Below, piece after piece: positions 13,368-29,115 of a DNA stretch of 64,000 nt. Each line of letters begins with the position of its first letter. Positions within the stretch are counted from its first letter, which is position 1. The position numbers and the translations under genes are program-made. The notes under the pieces are model-generated. The model ran no database searches. It was not told where the DNA came from and was given only the letters and a program-made list of their open reading frames with translations. Source of the DNA: Octopus vulgaris (Eukaryota); contig OX597817.1 of the NCBI GenBank assembly GCA_951406725.2, positions 141,918,001 through 141,982,000 of the forward strand. The letters are read 5' to 3'.

Positions 13368-13434
13368 AATGTATGTTGTAAGCTTAATATGAAAATACTA
13401 TCAAATTGTTTGGGTAAGTGGGTGATAATTGGAC

Positions 13435-13552
13435 AGCCTGAGGGAGAGAAATCAAGACCCGTAAAATCACAGATGAACAGATGGAATTCAAAGACCATCC
13501 AGTGTATATGAGGCTGGGTGTGGACTCAAAGAGCCTTGGTTGGCAACCAGCC
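13435..13552 (+). repeat. Unclassified dispersed repeat, second copy at ~15587-15700
   Basis: agcctg.gggag..aaatcaagacccgt.aa..cacagatgaaca...caaagaccat.cagtgtatatgaggctggg..tggactcaaa is shared by both copies. Confidence 0.7.
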
Positions 13553-13790
13553 TAGTGATGGTGTCACGATAAATATGCTGGAGATTGCACAACCTTATAA
13601 ATGCTGCCTTATAATTAGTAATGTCAAATTCTCAGGGAACCGGAACTGTTAACAAGGAAAGTGTCAGTCACGGCAGAGAAGTCTTTCCACTTTATCTCAG
13701 TCAATACCACAGATCAAACACGGGTACACAAAGGAAAATATATTCATACAAAAATACAAACTATAACGGAATAAGTTTTAACAAAGACCC

Positions 13791-14167
13791 AGGCGTGGCT
13801 GTGTGATAAGAAGCTTGCTTCCCAATCACATGGATCCGGGTTCTGTTCCACTGCGTGGTACCTTAGGCAAGTGCCTTCTACATTCGCCTGGGGCCGACCA
13901 AAGCCTTGGGGTGTGGATTTGGTAGACGGAAACTGAGAGGAATCCATCGTATGTATGTATGTATGTATATATATATATGTATGTATGAAGTATTAATTTA
14001 TAAAAATATGGTAAAGTAAAAGAATTCACTTTACCACACACCGAACTTTTCAGAAATAGCTGCCAAATATTTGGCTATTTCTTCAACTGCAAATAAAAGT
14101 CTCCAGACAATGCATACTCAGAAAAATAACTCACATAGGTATAAGGGAAAAACAATGAAAGATCACA

Positions 14168-14198
<31 letters not shown>

Positions 14199-14201
14199 TA
14201 C

Positions 14202-14243
<42 letters not shown>

Positions 14244-14244
14244 A

Positions 14245-14279
<35 letters not shown>

Positions 14280-14308
14280 GTATATATATATACATATATA
14301 CATACACA

Positions 14309-14360
<52 letters not shown>

Positions 14361-14582
14361 ATTATATATATATGCATATATTTATGTGTGTCTTAGCGTC
14401 TGTGTTTGTCCCACCACCATCGCTTGACAACCGATCTTGGTATGTGCAGGTCCCCGTAACTTAGCGATTCAGCACAAGGAACCGATGGACTATGTCCTGG
14501 GGGTCGATTTATTCGATTAAAATGCTCTGCTCCAGCATGGCCACAGTCAAATGACTTAAACAAATAAAAGAATAAGAGGAAT
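13791..14582 (+). mobile_element. SINE family A copy, interrupted in its central microsatellite
   Basis: Head 13791-13950 and tail ~14400-14582 homologous to 9380-9862. Confidence 0.8.
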
Positions 14583-14857
14583 AAAGGAGAAAAACTATAT
14601 TCACCAATAACAATTCACACATGAACTCATTCTGCTGGTTGACGTGTTGAATGTAATCCTGACTTTTCTCTGCACGACACTAACGCAAAGGTACTCAACC
14701 GGGGTCCATATGGCCGTTGAGGGTCCATTTAAGATTTTTGTCGGCCTACGAAACAAAATAGTAAATTGGAGACCCACAATTGTATTTTCAAGGTTACTGA
14801 AAAACATTTTGCTTTTGAAGTGTGTATTGCAAGAGACAGCTCGGTTTCTTTATTATT

Positions 14858-15054
14858 TTAATTGTTTCAGTCATTTGACTGCGGCCATGCTGTAGTACCG
14901 CATTTAGACGAACGCATCGACCCCAGGACCTAAGCGTGGAATTTATTGTAACGGGTTTCTTTGCAGAAGCGCTAAGTTACGGGGACGTAAACACACCAAC
15001 ATCGGGTGTCAAGCGATGGTGGAGGGACAAACACAGACACAAACATACTTACAT

Positions 15055-15098
<44 letters not shown>

Positions 15099-15287
15099 AT
15101 ATATATATATATAAATATATATACGATGGGCCTCCTTCAGTTTCCGTCTACCAAATCCACTCACAAGGCTTTGGTCAGCCCGTGGGTATAGTAAAAGACA
15201 CTTGCCCAAGTTGCCACGCAGTGGGACAGAACCCGGAACCATGTGGTTGGGAAGCAAGCTTTTTACCAAACAGCCACGTCCGGCGCC
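14858..15287 (-). mobile_element. SINE family A copy
   Basis: Reverse complement of the family A tail and head. Confidence 0.8.
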
Positions 15288-16303
15288 TAACATCATACAG
15301 AGTTCAACCTACACAAGTTAATGTATGGAAAACAAAATAGGAATTTTGAAAGAAGTTTCTATAAAACTAGTTTTTTAAACATTGAATGGGTATAGGGGGC
15401 CATCAGAAGAAAATAGTAAGCGAAGGGGTCCATAGGAAAATCCTGCAGTAATGCATAAATATATTGGAGAACATAAACTGCCACAAAGAAACTGAGCTAC
15501 AAAGAAGTAACCCCTGACCAGTCTACCATATGGCAGATTAAATTTAAGGAGCCTCGTTTTAGTACTGCCACTAGACATGTTCACTCAGCCTGTGGGAGGA
15601 AAATCAAGACCCGTCAAAGCACAGATGAACATTCGGAAGTCAAAGACCATTCAGTGTATATGAGGCTGGGTCTGGACTCAAAAAGCCGTGGTTGTCATCC
15701 TTAATTTTCGACGTAAAAAATGTTCTTGCGGAGAGCCTACAAAAATTTCTTATGCTACTCATGTGTTCTTCCTCTACCACATTTGACAGATAAAATTTAG
15801 ACAGCTTTGATACTTTGAGATTGTTACTACATACGTTCATTCAACCGTGACAGCTTTAACTTACGATGCCAAATATATGGGCACATGACATTAAAGGAAG
15901 GACACACACACACACACACACATACACACATAACAGGTGACAACAAAACATCCGGACAGTTAGACGATACAAAAATGCCAAGATAAAACAAAGGACAGGT
16001 CATTCGGAGTTTCCTATCCTCAGTCGAGTTCCAGATCATCTTAGCAGTTTGGGCCGGTTACATCCGAGACTGCTCGAATCTGGCCGGCCTCAAGAAAATC
16101 TAAGCTACGATCACTAGACTCCTTGGAAGAAAGCAAGCGAATGTATATTTCGGGAGAGCCATTTTTTTTCTTTGTCAAATAAAAGCGACTGTCCCAAAAT
16201 ATATCAGTATATGTTTCAACACACGGTTTTACATCTGAAATCTTGCAAAACAAGTCCATAAACGTGTATGTATGTAGGTATGTATGTATGTATAGATAGA
16301 TAA

Positions 16304-16388
<85 letters not shown>

Positions 16389-16404
16389 AAGATAGATAGA
16401 TAGA

Positions 16405-16566
16405 TATACGACGGACTTTTTTCAGTTTCCGTCCACCAAATCCACTCACAAGGCTTTGGTCGGTCCGAAGCTATAGTAGAATATAGTTTCCCAATGTGCA
16501 ACACAGCGGGACTGAACCCGGAACCATGTGGTTGGGAAGCAAGCTTCTTACCACACATATAACACA

Positions 16567-16602
<36 letters not shown>

Positions 16603-16631
16603 TGTATGTATGTATGTATGTGTGTGTGTCA

Positions 16632-16676
<45 letters not shown>

Positions 16677-17285
16677 TGTATGTATGTATGTATGGATGGA
16701 TGGATGTATGGATGGATGGATGGATGGATGGATGTGGAGTGGCTGTGTGGTAAGTAGCTTGTTTACCACCCACATGCTTCCGGGTTCAGTCCCACTGCGT
16801 GGCACCTTGGACAAGTGTCTTCTACTATAGCCTCGGGCCGACCAAAGACGTGTGAGTGGATTTGGTAGACGGAAACTGAAAGAAGCCCGTCGTATATCTG
16901 TATATATATGTGTGTGTGTGTTTGTGTGTCTGTGTTTGTCCCCCTAGCATTGCTTGACAACTGATGCTGGTGTGTTTATGTCCCTGTTACTTAGTGGTTC
17001 GGCAACAGAGACCGATAGAATAAGTACTGGGCTTACAAAAGAATAAGTCCCGGGGTCGAGTTGCTCGATTAAAGGCGGTGCTCCAGCATGTCCACAGTCA
17101 AATGACTGAAATAAGTAAAAGAAAAAGAAATATATATATCAGCTTCTCTATCAAATTCACTCACAACGATTTGGTCGGTCCATGTCTATAGTAGCAGCCA
17201 CTTGCTCAATATGCCACATAGTGGAACCGAATGCAGAACTATGTGTTTGGGAAGCAAACTTGTAACCACACAGCCACGCCTGCTC
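16405..17285. mobile_element. Cluster of SINE family A copies (16405-16555 minus, 16735-17130 plus, 17140-17285 minus)
   Basis: Homology to 9380-9862. Confidence 0.8.
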
Positions 17286-18511
17286 CTCTACATAAATTAT
17301 TTGCTTGAAACTAAGACATTCCCATTTGCGTGACAATATTCATTTGTCACAACTTTTAATGAGACTGAAGTTAATTTGATGAAGTAAACGTTAATGACCT
17401 GCTCTGACACGTCTCAGAAGCGTGTTCTACTTTACACTAACCAACGAAATAGAATTTCACAGAAAATCTATTATGGTGGATGTGGTGACTAGCTTATCAT
17501 TCCAGGTTAAAATATAAAGTGCATTCGCTTATGACGTCTTTGCACATGGCCATCTTGATGTCGGGAAAATACGTAAAATAAATTACATTAGCTTTGAATT
17601 TCTATCTAAAGTACGGAAACAATGCATAGTATTAGATTTATCATGGTCGATAAACAGCAGAGTATCGTGTTGAATCCCACTGCGATATGGTTTGAGCAAA
17701 TGTCTTATATCAGTGTGACCAGTTCACTGACGTTGCATGGATTAGAAATGTGTGGATCGCCGCTGCCGGAAAGTCATTTCTTCTTAGTAGTTGTATTTAA
17801 CCTATCACTCGGTTAAGCACAACGTTTAACTCTTGAATGGCCCTGCTGCAAACTGCTTTGCTGCATTTACCCGGGCCTGGTTTCTAGTCTACCGTATAAG
17901 TCCTCTTGACTTCCCCTCATTTCCAATAGTCTAACTCAATTATTTATTTCATACGATGTGATAGCAGCCAAACCCAAAATTTCCTTTCACATTCAACACG
18001 ATTACACCTATACATCGCCCTCCCACATCACCACTATACAGTAGCATTAGCCTTCTCACCCCCACAAATTTTCACCCACCCAAAGAAAAAAACCACATGC
18101 ATCCAAGACCCTTACCGCACAAACACTGCACCCTGTGTTTATCTCTATACACGGACATCTTCCCATACTCGCAAAACCCCACCTCACCTCCGCTTCTCCT
18201 TTTATCTCTTCCCATAGAACTGCATTTCTATCTGTTCCCTAAACATTCTCTTTTCTTTCGTTCTTTCTCCCCACCATTCGTTTCTTTCCTATTCTTGTTT
18301 TTCATTTTGGACAACAGTCCGAAACTTCAAAGCAACTCTCTCTTCCTTTTAAGCGTGAAAATAATAACACATTTCTTAAATACTTCAAACTTGTGCCATG
18401 TGTCTTTTCGTTAAATTCAAGAAATACGACCAAGATAAAGTACTTCACCTCTCCAAACATTTCCATTTCTCACTTGTACTTTCTCTTTCTCTCTATGTGG
18501 ATACGTGTATG

Positions 18512-18579
<68 letters not shown>

Positions 18580-19010
18580 TGTGTATGCGCACGCGTGCAT
18601 GAATGACTGCATATGTTTATATATAGAGAGAGATAGCGTGAGAGAGCGAAATATATATAGAGGGAGAGAAAGAGAGAGATAAATACAGAGAGTGAAATAG
18701 AGATAGATAGATTGATAGATAGATACATACATACATATATGCATACATACATACATACTTGCATACATACATACATACATACATACATACATACATACAT
18801 ACATACATACATACATAGATATAGATGTACATAGAGATATCCTAGTTTGTATGATTCTGTATAGAAAAATATATTAATCAATGAAAGTTTAACCTGGTAT
18901 GGTTTTCACGTTTTATTTACAATTTTTGGAATTTTACAATATAGAAATAAACTAGTACTTTCATTCGTTGCGCAATCATCAGGTTTATGTAGTGACAGTC
19001 GTGTTCCACA

Positions 19011-19817
19011 ATTGACAACTGAAGTGAAACGGTTAGATTTGTTCTTTACGTACCACTGATGGGCTCTAGCAGACTGACTCTTACGAATTCTATTTTGACC
19101 AATCAATATGTGGCACAGATGTCACAGTTTGATGCGTGCACCAAATTCTAACTGCATTTCGACCAATCAGTATGTGGTTTAGATGTTACGGTTTGATGGA
19201 TGCGCCAATTTGATCTGATTTTTCTTTTATTTTTGCTAAATATCCATCATCATTCGTCACCCACATGCAATGTAGGTAATTCTTGCTAAGTTTGCTGACT
19301 GTACGAAGCGAGAAATCGAAAACAGCCACCAAAGATGCCATACCAACTTTCTCGGAAAAACTACATAACCACTATATATACGACGAAAATATTATCGCCC
19401 CATATCTCTCCCTAAACCTGAATACCAGCCACTAGGAGTTTTATTGGTCGCAACAAAAGCTAAACGTCATCATATACCGGCATACATATCGTAGGTATTG
19501 TGAAATCCGCAAGCCTATGATTGCTTCTTCTTCAAAGACCTCTGCATACAAAGACAATGAGGTTGATATCATTGAGCAGCCAAGTAATGCTGTACTGATC
19601 ATATTTCTGTAAATATCTGTGGTTATGTATACAGATATTTTTGATCATGTCTAAATACTGATTGGTCGAAATACAGTTAGAATTTGATGCGCGCATCAAA
19701 CTGTGACATCTGTTCCACATATTGATTGGTCAAAATAGAATTCGTAAGAGTCAGTCTGCTAGAGCCCATCAGTGGTACGTAAAGAACAGATCGAACCGTT
19801 TCACTTCAGTTGTCAAT
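19011..19817. mobile_element. Non-autonomous DNA transposon/MITE with ~160-bp terminal inverted repeats
   Basis: attgacaactgaagtgaaacgg...gaccaatcagtat (19011-19173) is a near-perfect reverse complement of 19655-19817; no clear TSD seen. Confidence 0.8.
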
Positions 19818-20669
19818 GGTAAGAAATCGTTCACCAACATATGTCAGTCTCTCTCCCTTAAATGCCCATAAACGTACTGTCTCCTCTCTGTCATTTCACG
19901 TGGCCTCCGCACCAGAAAACTAACTGCACGTTCTGCCTCTCGACTAAAGTATTCCCGAGGAAACACTTACTCCCTTGCCGCAATCCATAAAGCATTCAAC
20001 TCACTCCTAGTTCAGTTTCTCAATTTCCAATATAACCACAACAGCTACACTTACAACCGTTGATCCAAGCGAATTATTTCCAAACTGAATTTGTTTATTC
20101 TGCAGCCGTTAACTTACAAGTCATCAAGCGAAGATTTAACAACGTCGATTTCGCTAATCCAATAAACGAGGCCTTCCCTACCAGGACCTTGATGGGGATA
20201 AACAATAATCTATCGCTCCCACGATAATAAAATATATATGAAAAGAATATTTAATATTAAACCTGCTGTATATGTTAAAGAATCCAACAATGTCAGATGA
20301 AATATTTCAACTTACCAGGTTAGCCGACGCTCGTTGACATTGCATCATCAATATCTCTTTATTAAAACCAATATCTAACCTGAAGCTTCAATATTTTTGA
20401 ACTAAACTTACATTTATGCCATCAATAATTCTTACTGTCTATTTAACATAAGCTCGTTACATTGGTTCGCTGTATCTATTCTTTCCTTTCACGCTATTGG
20501 AAATATTTTTTAGTGGTTTATAGCTCATGGATCTAATCAATAATATCGATCAGCACTTGAAAATAATGGAATTGGAGATATTTCATGTATGCGATAAACA
20601 TAGGATCATCAATCAATGAAAAACATGAAAGTTAGTAACCCCCTTTTGGGTACTTAAAAACACGATAGA

Positions 20670-22480
<1,811 letters not shown>

Positions 22481-23034
22481 TAAATAGACGCACATAGTCA
22501 CACACAAACAGAAATACAGTAGTTTTCTCTCTGCCTCGCTTTACAATGATCTTTCTCGGTGTCTTGGTGCATAATGTTTCAATATATTTCTCCTCTTCCC
22601 TCCAAACATATACACCATAAACACAACGCACACACCGCGCTCGCGTACGCACATACACGAAAATACGATAAAAGAATGGCCTTTAGCACGAATTTGAATA
22701 TAAGACAGAAATAAAACTGTACTAGATAATTTATCAGATACGTTCTTGATATATTGTAAGAAACTTTGTTTTCAGAAATAGTAAAATTATCTCCTGGTGG
22801 CATTTTGTGACAATTCAATATAAAGTGGGCAGATAATCACCGGGAAGAAGAACTCAGTGGAAAGGAAATTTCTCATTCACCCTTGGAACTGACAGTTTAT
22901 CTGCGTACAAGATGAAGGATCTGTTGACGAGATGACGACTATGGAGACATGTTTCTACCTCGATAGGCAGCATAAGCTGCGCTTCTGACCTAGCGGGCTT
23001 CCAGCAAACAAGGGGCTTTCATATTCTCTTTTAC

Positions 23035-23246
23035 ACTTTTATCTCTTGTACTTGTTTCAGTCATTTGACTGCGGCCATGCTGAAGCCCCCACCTTTAGTC
23101 GAGCAAATCGACCCCACGAGTTATTCTTTGTAAATCCAGTACTTATTCTATCGGTCTCTTTTGCCGAACCGCTATGTTACGAGGACGTAAATACACCAGC
23201 ATCGGTTGTCAAGCGACGTCGGGGGGACAAACACAGACACACAGAC

Positions 23247-23283
<37 letters not shown>

Positions 23284-23413
23284 GTATATATATACAAATA
23301 TACGACGTGCTTCTTTCAGAATCCGTCTACCAAATCCACTCACAAGGCTTTGGTCGGCCTGAGGCTACAGTAGAAGACACTTGCCGAACCATGTGGTTGG
23401 GAAGCAAGCTACT
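23035..23413 (-). mobile_element. SINE family A, 3' portion (head continues at 25717-25752)
   Basis: Family A sequence breaks at aagcaagctact (23402-23413) and resumes at 25717 with aagcaagctacttaccacacagcc. Confidence 0.85.
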
Positions 23414-25716
23414 ATATTTCATAAATTTGTCATATAGACAGTACAAAGAGCTTTGCGGGCTGGACAAATACATTAATGAATGAAAATGAATTATAATGAA
23501 TAGATGAGAGACGAAACCCAACACTCGCCGATTGGATTTTTCTCGAAAACATATTTTCTTTTTTTTTTTTTTAAATCAATATAAGGTTTCAAACCTTTTA
23601 CAAGGAGGAGGCACTAAAACCTCTTACTTAACATATTTTCCTTTTTCTTTCTTAATACACAAAATTGAGGTTATAAACCACTACAAAATAGTCCAATAAG
23701 GTGAGGTTTCAAACTCTGTAACGAGGGTCTTTCACCTCCTACTCTTCGATATATCCATCGATATATTCATCATTATCTTCAATGCCGCTTGAGTTCCTGT
23801 ATCCCGCCATTTCCCATGCCTCACTCATGTAGGACATGTAAGTCGTGTAGGGGCCACCCGACCATATGCGACACTCCTCCCCAAATCCTTTAAGCCTTTC
23901 CCACAAGGGAAACCTTATGACCTCCACAGCTATCTGTGGAGGCCATTCGGGATCCCGTGTGAAGGGCATATCTACTGTTTCTTTATGTTCTTCTACTATT
24001 TTTTCCACCTCCCCGCCCGTGTAGAAAAAGATAAGCAATTGATCATCTTTAAGGGTGGGGGTGGTTTCTTCCACCGTGGGTGGCACAACTTCGTGGAGTG
24101 CAGTCGGCACATCATCTCCCTGCTGAGATGATCTGTTATTCTTCTATCCTTTTTTTCCTTTCTTCCTGGCTTCGGGAGAGTGGAGCTCTTCCGCTTTGTC
24201 CGGAGACTCTCCCCCGCCTCCCGAAGCCTTAGGTTCCTTCGGCGGGCAACTATTGTTGCCCGCCTTCTCCCTTTTTAATCTTTTTTGAGTTGAGGCTGAA
24301 GCCTCCTCGACCACATCCACCTCTCCCTTTGACCGGGTAGGGGAGGTGGCATCTGGTGACTGTTCCAGGACCTTTCCATGGTGCTGGGGGCAGTTCCTTT
24401 TAATGTGGCCTGGCCGCAGGCACGAGTGACACTTTGGGGGACGTCCCTCAAGTATCACCGGATACCTGCAGCCAGCCATTTTCAAGAAATCTGGAAAAAC
24501 CAGTTCTGTTGCGGCCGATGGGGTCCACAGGGTCAAAATGGCTTTTGACCCTTCCCAATCGACCGCCGGCAATACCCTTACATTTAAGAGCCTGGGCCCG
24601 CCATCCCCCAGTCCCCGCCGGATGGTATCTTCAATCCAATCCGCTTCGGTACCCGGGGGAGCCCACATACCCAGGCTCGTATTAATTTTCTTCCACAATA
24701 TGACGGGAGAAACAAAATTTCCTTGCCTTCTAAAGGCTGACTCGCAAACTGGCGAGCCTTTTCCCCGTTGTCAAACAGCAACCATACGGTTGCATGTTTG
24801 ACACCACGGGATATATATTTTACAGAGGACAAATGTTCTTTAAGTTCATTTTTTATGACTTGTTTTGGGAAGACGGTGATGGAATTAAGAACTTTGGAAT
24901 ACGTTCTAAGTACCACCGTCTTCTCCTTCATATCTTTTAACTATTGCTTAGGCCTGTTAATTTCCCACTCTAAGACAGAGTTTTTCTTTTTAAGTTCCTT
25001 CTCTGCCATGTCAAAAAGCAGTTCAAAAGTAGTTCAAAAGACAGTCTGCCAAAAAAATTAAATTGAATAAAAATAAAACAAAATAAAAGAGGAGGGGAGG
25101 AAACTGAAATTAAAGTAATGAAAAGAATGAACCAAAGTTTAGAAAGAAAGAAAAATAGGAGAAGGGAAAAGTAAAAGAAAAACCTTACAAATAGCACAGA
25201 CAGGGAATCCTTTGTATAATACTCCAAAAAGGTAATCCAAAAGGTAATCCAAAAGGGTAATCCAAATGGCTTATTCTTATTTTTCTGGCGAGATACGCCC
25301 ACTAGAATTCACATGAAGAATTCTCAAACAAAAATTCTCAATTCACCGTTACGGCCAAAATTTAACACAACTGTAAAACAGTTAAAAAATCATTCCAAAT
25401 TTCTTCTAGGTACTCCTTAACAGGAACAACACTATTTTCAAACAAAAGTTTAGCAGGATACGCCTACCAAACCAATAATTTTCACAATTAAGTGAATAAT
25501 ATTTTTACTCAGCCTCCGGCAGACTAGAGCATAGTGAGGACCTGTTGCTTGTAAAAATAATTTGTAACATACAACAGGTCCCCACTAGACCCCCAAAATT
25601 CTTACCTTACGGCTGAGTATTCAAAAGTCTTCAATTTAAGACGGCTTTCAAAAACACGTCTTACATCTTCGGTGTCAAGCACAACACTGACTTGCACATG
25701 CACAGAAGCGACCTGT
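23414..25716 (-). mobile_element. ORF1-only (non-autonomous) Tx1/L1-like retroelement, 2.3 kb, with 12-bp TSD
   Basis: Flanked by direct repeat aagcaagctact (23402-23413, 25717-25728); ~0.7-kb 5'UTR, disrupted gag-like ORF1, ~0.3-kb 3'UTR; no endonuclease or RT. Confidence 0.8.
23739..25009 (-). pseudogene. Gag-like LINE ORF1 protein with CCHC zinc knuckle (stop/frameshift-disrupted)
   Basis: MAEKELKKK..., MKEKTVVLRTYSKV..., then VILEGRPPKCHSCLRPGHIKRNCP (CX2CX4HX4C) and a low-complexity C-terminus, across ORFs 24584-24931, 24144-24698 and 23739-24110. Confidence 0.75.
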
Positions 25717-26183
25717 AAGCAAGCTACTTACCACACAGCCACTCCTACGCCTATATATACAAATTGTTTAGAGAATATTAATTACATGAGGATAAATTGC
25801 ATAATTACAATGGAAACTAGGTAAGAGAAATAACAGAAATTGCACAGTAGCATGAAGTAGAAGAAATATTAGTATAGTTATATAAAATACAATAGATCGC
25901 TGAATTATTAAAAATATATACGTTTCTGTAGAAAGCGTTGCCGCTGAGAGACAAGGGATATAATCCCGAATGTCAAGGGACATAATCTCATTTCCTAAAC
26001 GACATCAATGCTTTGCATAACCATTGATTCCGGCTATTATCATACAGAGTTTGTCCACACTGCTATAAGACCATTGTTTCGCTGTATCTGGACGCAACGA
26101 TAATTTCCAGAGACAAAAAAATATCAAGAATTTATCTGTATAGTAATTAATGCATATGTATTTATGTACATGTGCGTGTTGGT

Positions 26184-26219
<36 letters not shown>

Positions 26220-26279
26220 AACAAAGAGAGAGAGAATAGGATATAGCTTCAGACGAGAAGAGCCCTCAATATACAAGGT

Positions 26280-26485
26280 AGAGGAGGTGTCACGTTGGTA
26301 GAATCATTAGCACGCCGGGAGAGATGCTCAAAAGCATCTCGTCCATCTTTACGGTATGAGTTCAAATTTCGCTATGGTCAATTTACCTTTCATCCCTTCC
26401 AGGGCCGATCAAATAAGTACGAGTTGAGCTCTGAATTCGTCGTAATCGACTTCCCCACAATTGCTGGCCTTGTGGTAAATTTTAA
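26280..26485 (+). mobile_element. Decayed SINE family B copy
   Basis: ggtagaatcattagcacgccggg...gagttcaaattt...cctttcatccc...aataagtac matches family B. Confidence 0.65.
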
Positions 26486-26507
26486 ACAGATATACAGAAT
26501 ATAGAGG

Positions 26508-26577
<70 letters not shown>

Positions 26578-26861
26578 ATACATATATATATTTAAGAGTG
26601 TATAAAGATTTATACACAGAGAAGTCCCATGACAGGACTTCTTCGATGTTAAAAAGGGCAGGTAAACATATTCCTCCAAAAATAATTCTAAAGGTACGCC
26701 AATAATGCCACTAGAATGAATAGAAACAAAAACAATTATTATTTAAAACATATTACTGAGGAAATAAATTAACATGCCATCCGTAGTTCATTAGTGGTAT
26801 CGCTAAAAAGAATGCATAATTATGTAGCTTAATAGTACTGAACACACGTGCGAGCTCCATC

Positions 26862-26919
<58 letters not shown>

Positions 26920-27425
26920 CTGTGTGTGTATGTGTGTGTGTATCATCGTTGGTATCATTCCAAACTTGGTTGGTGGGAAATTGTGATGTCTCCAGCCCGA
27001 GTGACAACTGTATGGGAATATTTGGTATTGCTACTCACAACAAAAATTATTATTTCCACTTTTTGAGTCTTCTGAAAATTTCCAGGTTTATAATACTTTT
27101 GCCAATAAACATGCTAACAAAAGAAAAAATTATATATACAGAAAATTTGAAGCGAGAGATTTTTAAGCATTGATATTTCGGAGCCCTTTTAAATTAATAA
27201 ATAATTAATTATCATTATCATTAAATTAATAATGGAATAAAAACAGAGACAGAAAATGAAAGAAGGTTAAGATGGACGGAAAGAAAAGCGGGAAGAAATT
27301 GACAGGGAAAGAAAGAACGCGGGCAACGGATAAGTGTGACATAAAATAAATTAAGATAAATTACCTACACGTCCAACCTGTCAAATCTGCAGAGAACAAC
27401 GCTTTCAAACACGGGCGCATGTACG

Positions 27426-27465
<40 letters not shown>

Positions 27466-27474
27466 TACACATAG

Positions 27475-27554
<80 letters not shown>

Positions 27555-28275
27555 ATATATAAATAAAATTAGGAGTTCCGGAAGAAATCCCCTTAACGAC
27601 CTTTAGTTCTAAAGGTACAGTATACGGCTGGGCTTCGTTTTACGAAGCCTGCTCGGAAGTGAACGAGAACGACAGATATCGATATTTCGTAGTTTTTTTT
27701 TGTTTTTCTTTCTTTTGCTTCTTGGTGCCGCATAATCGCCCCAATTACGAAATGAAATCGAGTCGCTAGCTGGAAGTCTATAAGCAAATTATAAATTTTA
27801 TTCGCTGGTGTGCAATAGCGCCGCAAGTTGGGCAAAGCTTAAATTTTGTCATAAGCAGTTCAATAACGAAAGCGCTACCAATATCACACACATAAAATAT
27901 ATGTGTTGTTACGCAGTTGTAGTTGCAGAGTTTTGCTAAACACACTTGAAGTAGGTGAAATAGATAATGATTACATTATTGAACGGTTCATAACTCAAAT
28001 CTTGAATTTTTGTCTTACTAGTGCGGCGCTATTTCCCGTCAGGAAATAGACTCTACATGATTTGTAGTAAATCCTTGCAGCTGGCGATGCGATTTTTGTT
28101 TTGGAAGAGGTGCGAGTATACATAACCTACAAAGAGTCAGAATTTCAAAATGTCGATATCTATCATATTCGATCCCTTGCTTTCAGCTCCGTGTTGCCTA
28201 GCTTTGAGGAATATAGTGTTTTTCAACGCTATGCGTCCTTAAAGGGATCTCTCTTAGACGTAATACAGCAGCTAC

Positions 28276-28432
28276 AGGCGTGGCTGTGCGGTAGGTAGCT
28301 TGGTTACCAGCCATATGGTTCCGGGTTCAGTCCCAATGCGTGGCACCTTGGGCAAATGTTTTCTACTATAGCCTTGGGCCGGCCAAAGAATTGTGAGTGT
28401 ATTTGGTAGACGGAAATTGAAGGAAGCATGTC

Positions 28433-28467
<35 letters not shown>

Positions 28468-29115
28468 AGTGTGTGTCTGTGCGTGTATTTGTATGTGTGT
28501 GTTTGTCCCCCCCACGATCGCTTGACAACCGATTCTGGTGTGTTTACGTCCCCGTAACTTAGCGGTTCAGCAAAGAGACCGATAGAATAAGTATTGGGCT
28601 TACAAGGAATAACTTCTGGGATGATTTGCTCGGCTAAAGGCGATACTCCAGCATGGCCACAGTCAAATGACTGAAACAAATAAAAGAATAAAAGAATATA
28701 TATATATCCTTTGTCTATTATTTTTTACTTGTTACAGTCATTCACCTGGATTTTAGTCAAGAAAATCGACCTCAGGGCTTGGTTTTTAAGGCTAGCTCTT
28801 GTTATATCGATCTCTTTTGCTGGACCTCTAAGTTACGGGTCGTAAACCCCCCAACACTTGTTATCAAGCGGTAGCGGTGGAGGGCACACATAGACACAAA
28901 GACACACACGATATATTTACATACAGAAACACACAGACACACACACATATATACAAGACATAGGATGGGCTTCTTTCAGTTTCCGTCTACCAAATCCACT
29001 CTCAAGGCTTTGATCAGCTCGAGGCTATAGAAGAAAACACTTGCCCTGGATGCCACGCAGTGGGACTGAACCCGGAACCATGTGGTTGCGAAGCAAGCTT
29101 CTTACCATACAGCCT
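28276..29115. mobile_element. Two tail-to-tail SINE family A copies (28276-28697 plus, ~28725-29115 minus)
   Basis: Homology to 9380-9862. Confidence 0.8.

Noticed and set aside
15995-16065. Minus-strand CTGAGGA...GAA motif in a probable repeat tail
   Set aside because: No intact GAAA and no consistent stems in this copy.
17800-18420. Possible decayed PLE GIY-YIG end and tail
   Set aside because: Only an impression from composition and a lone cgaaac; no readable motif.
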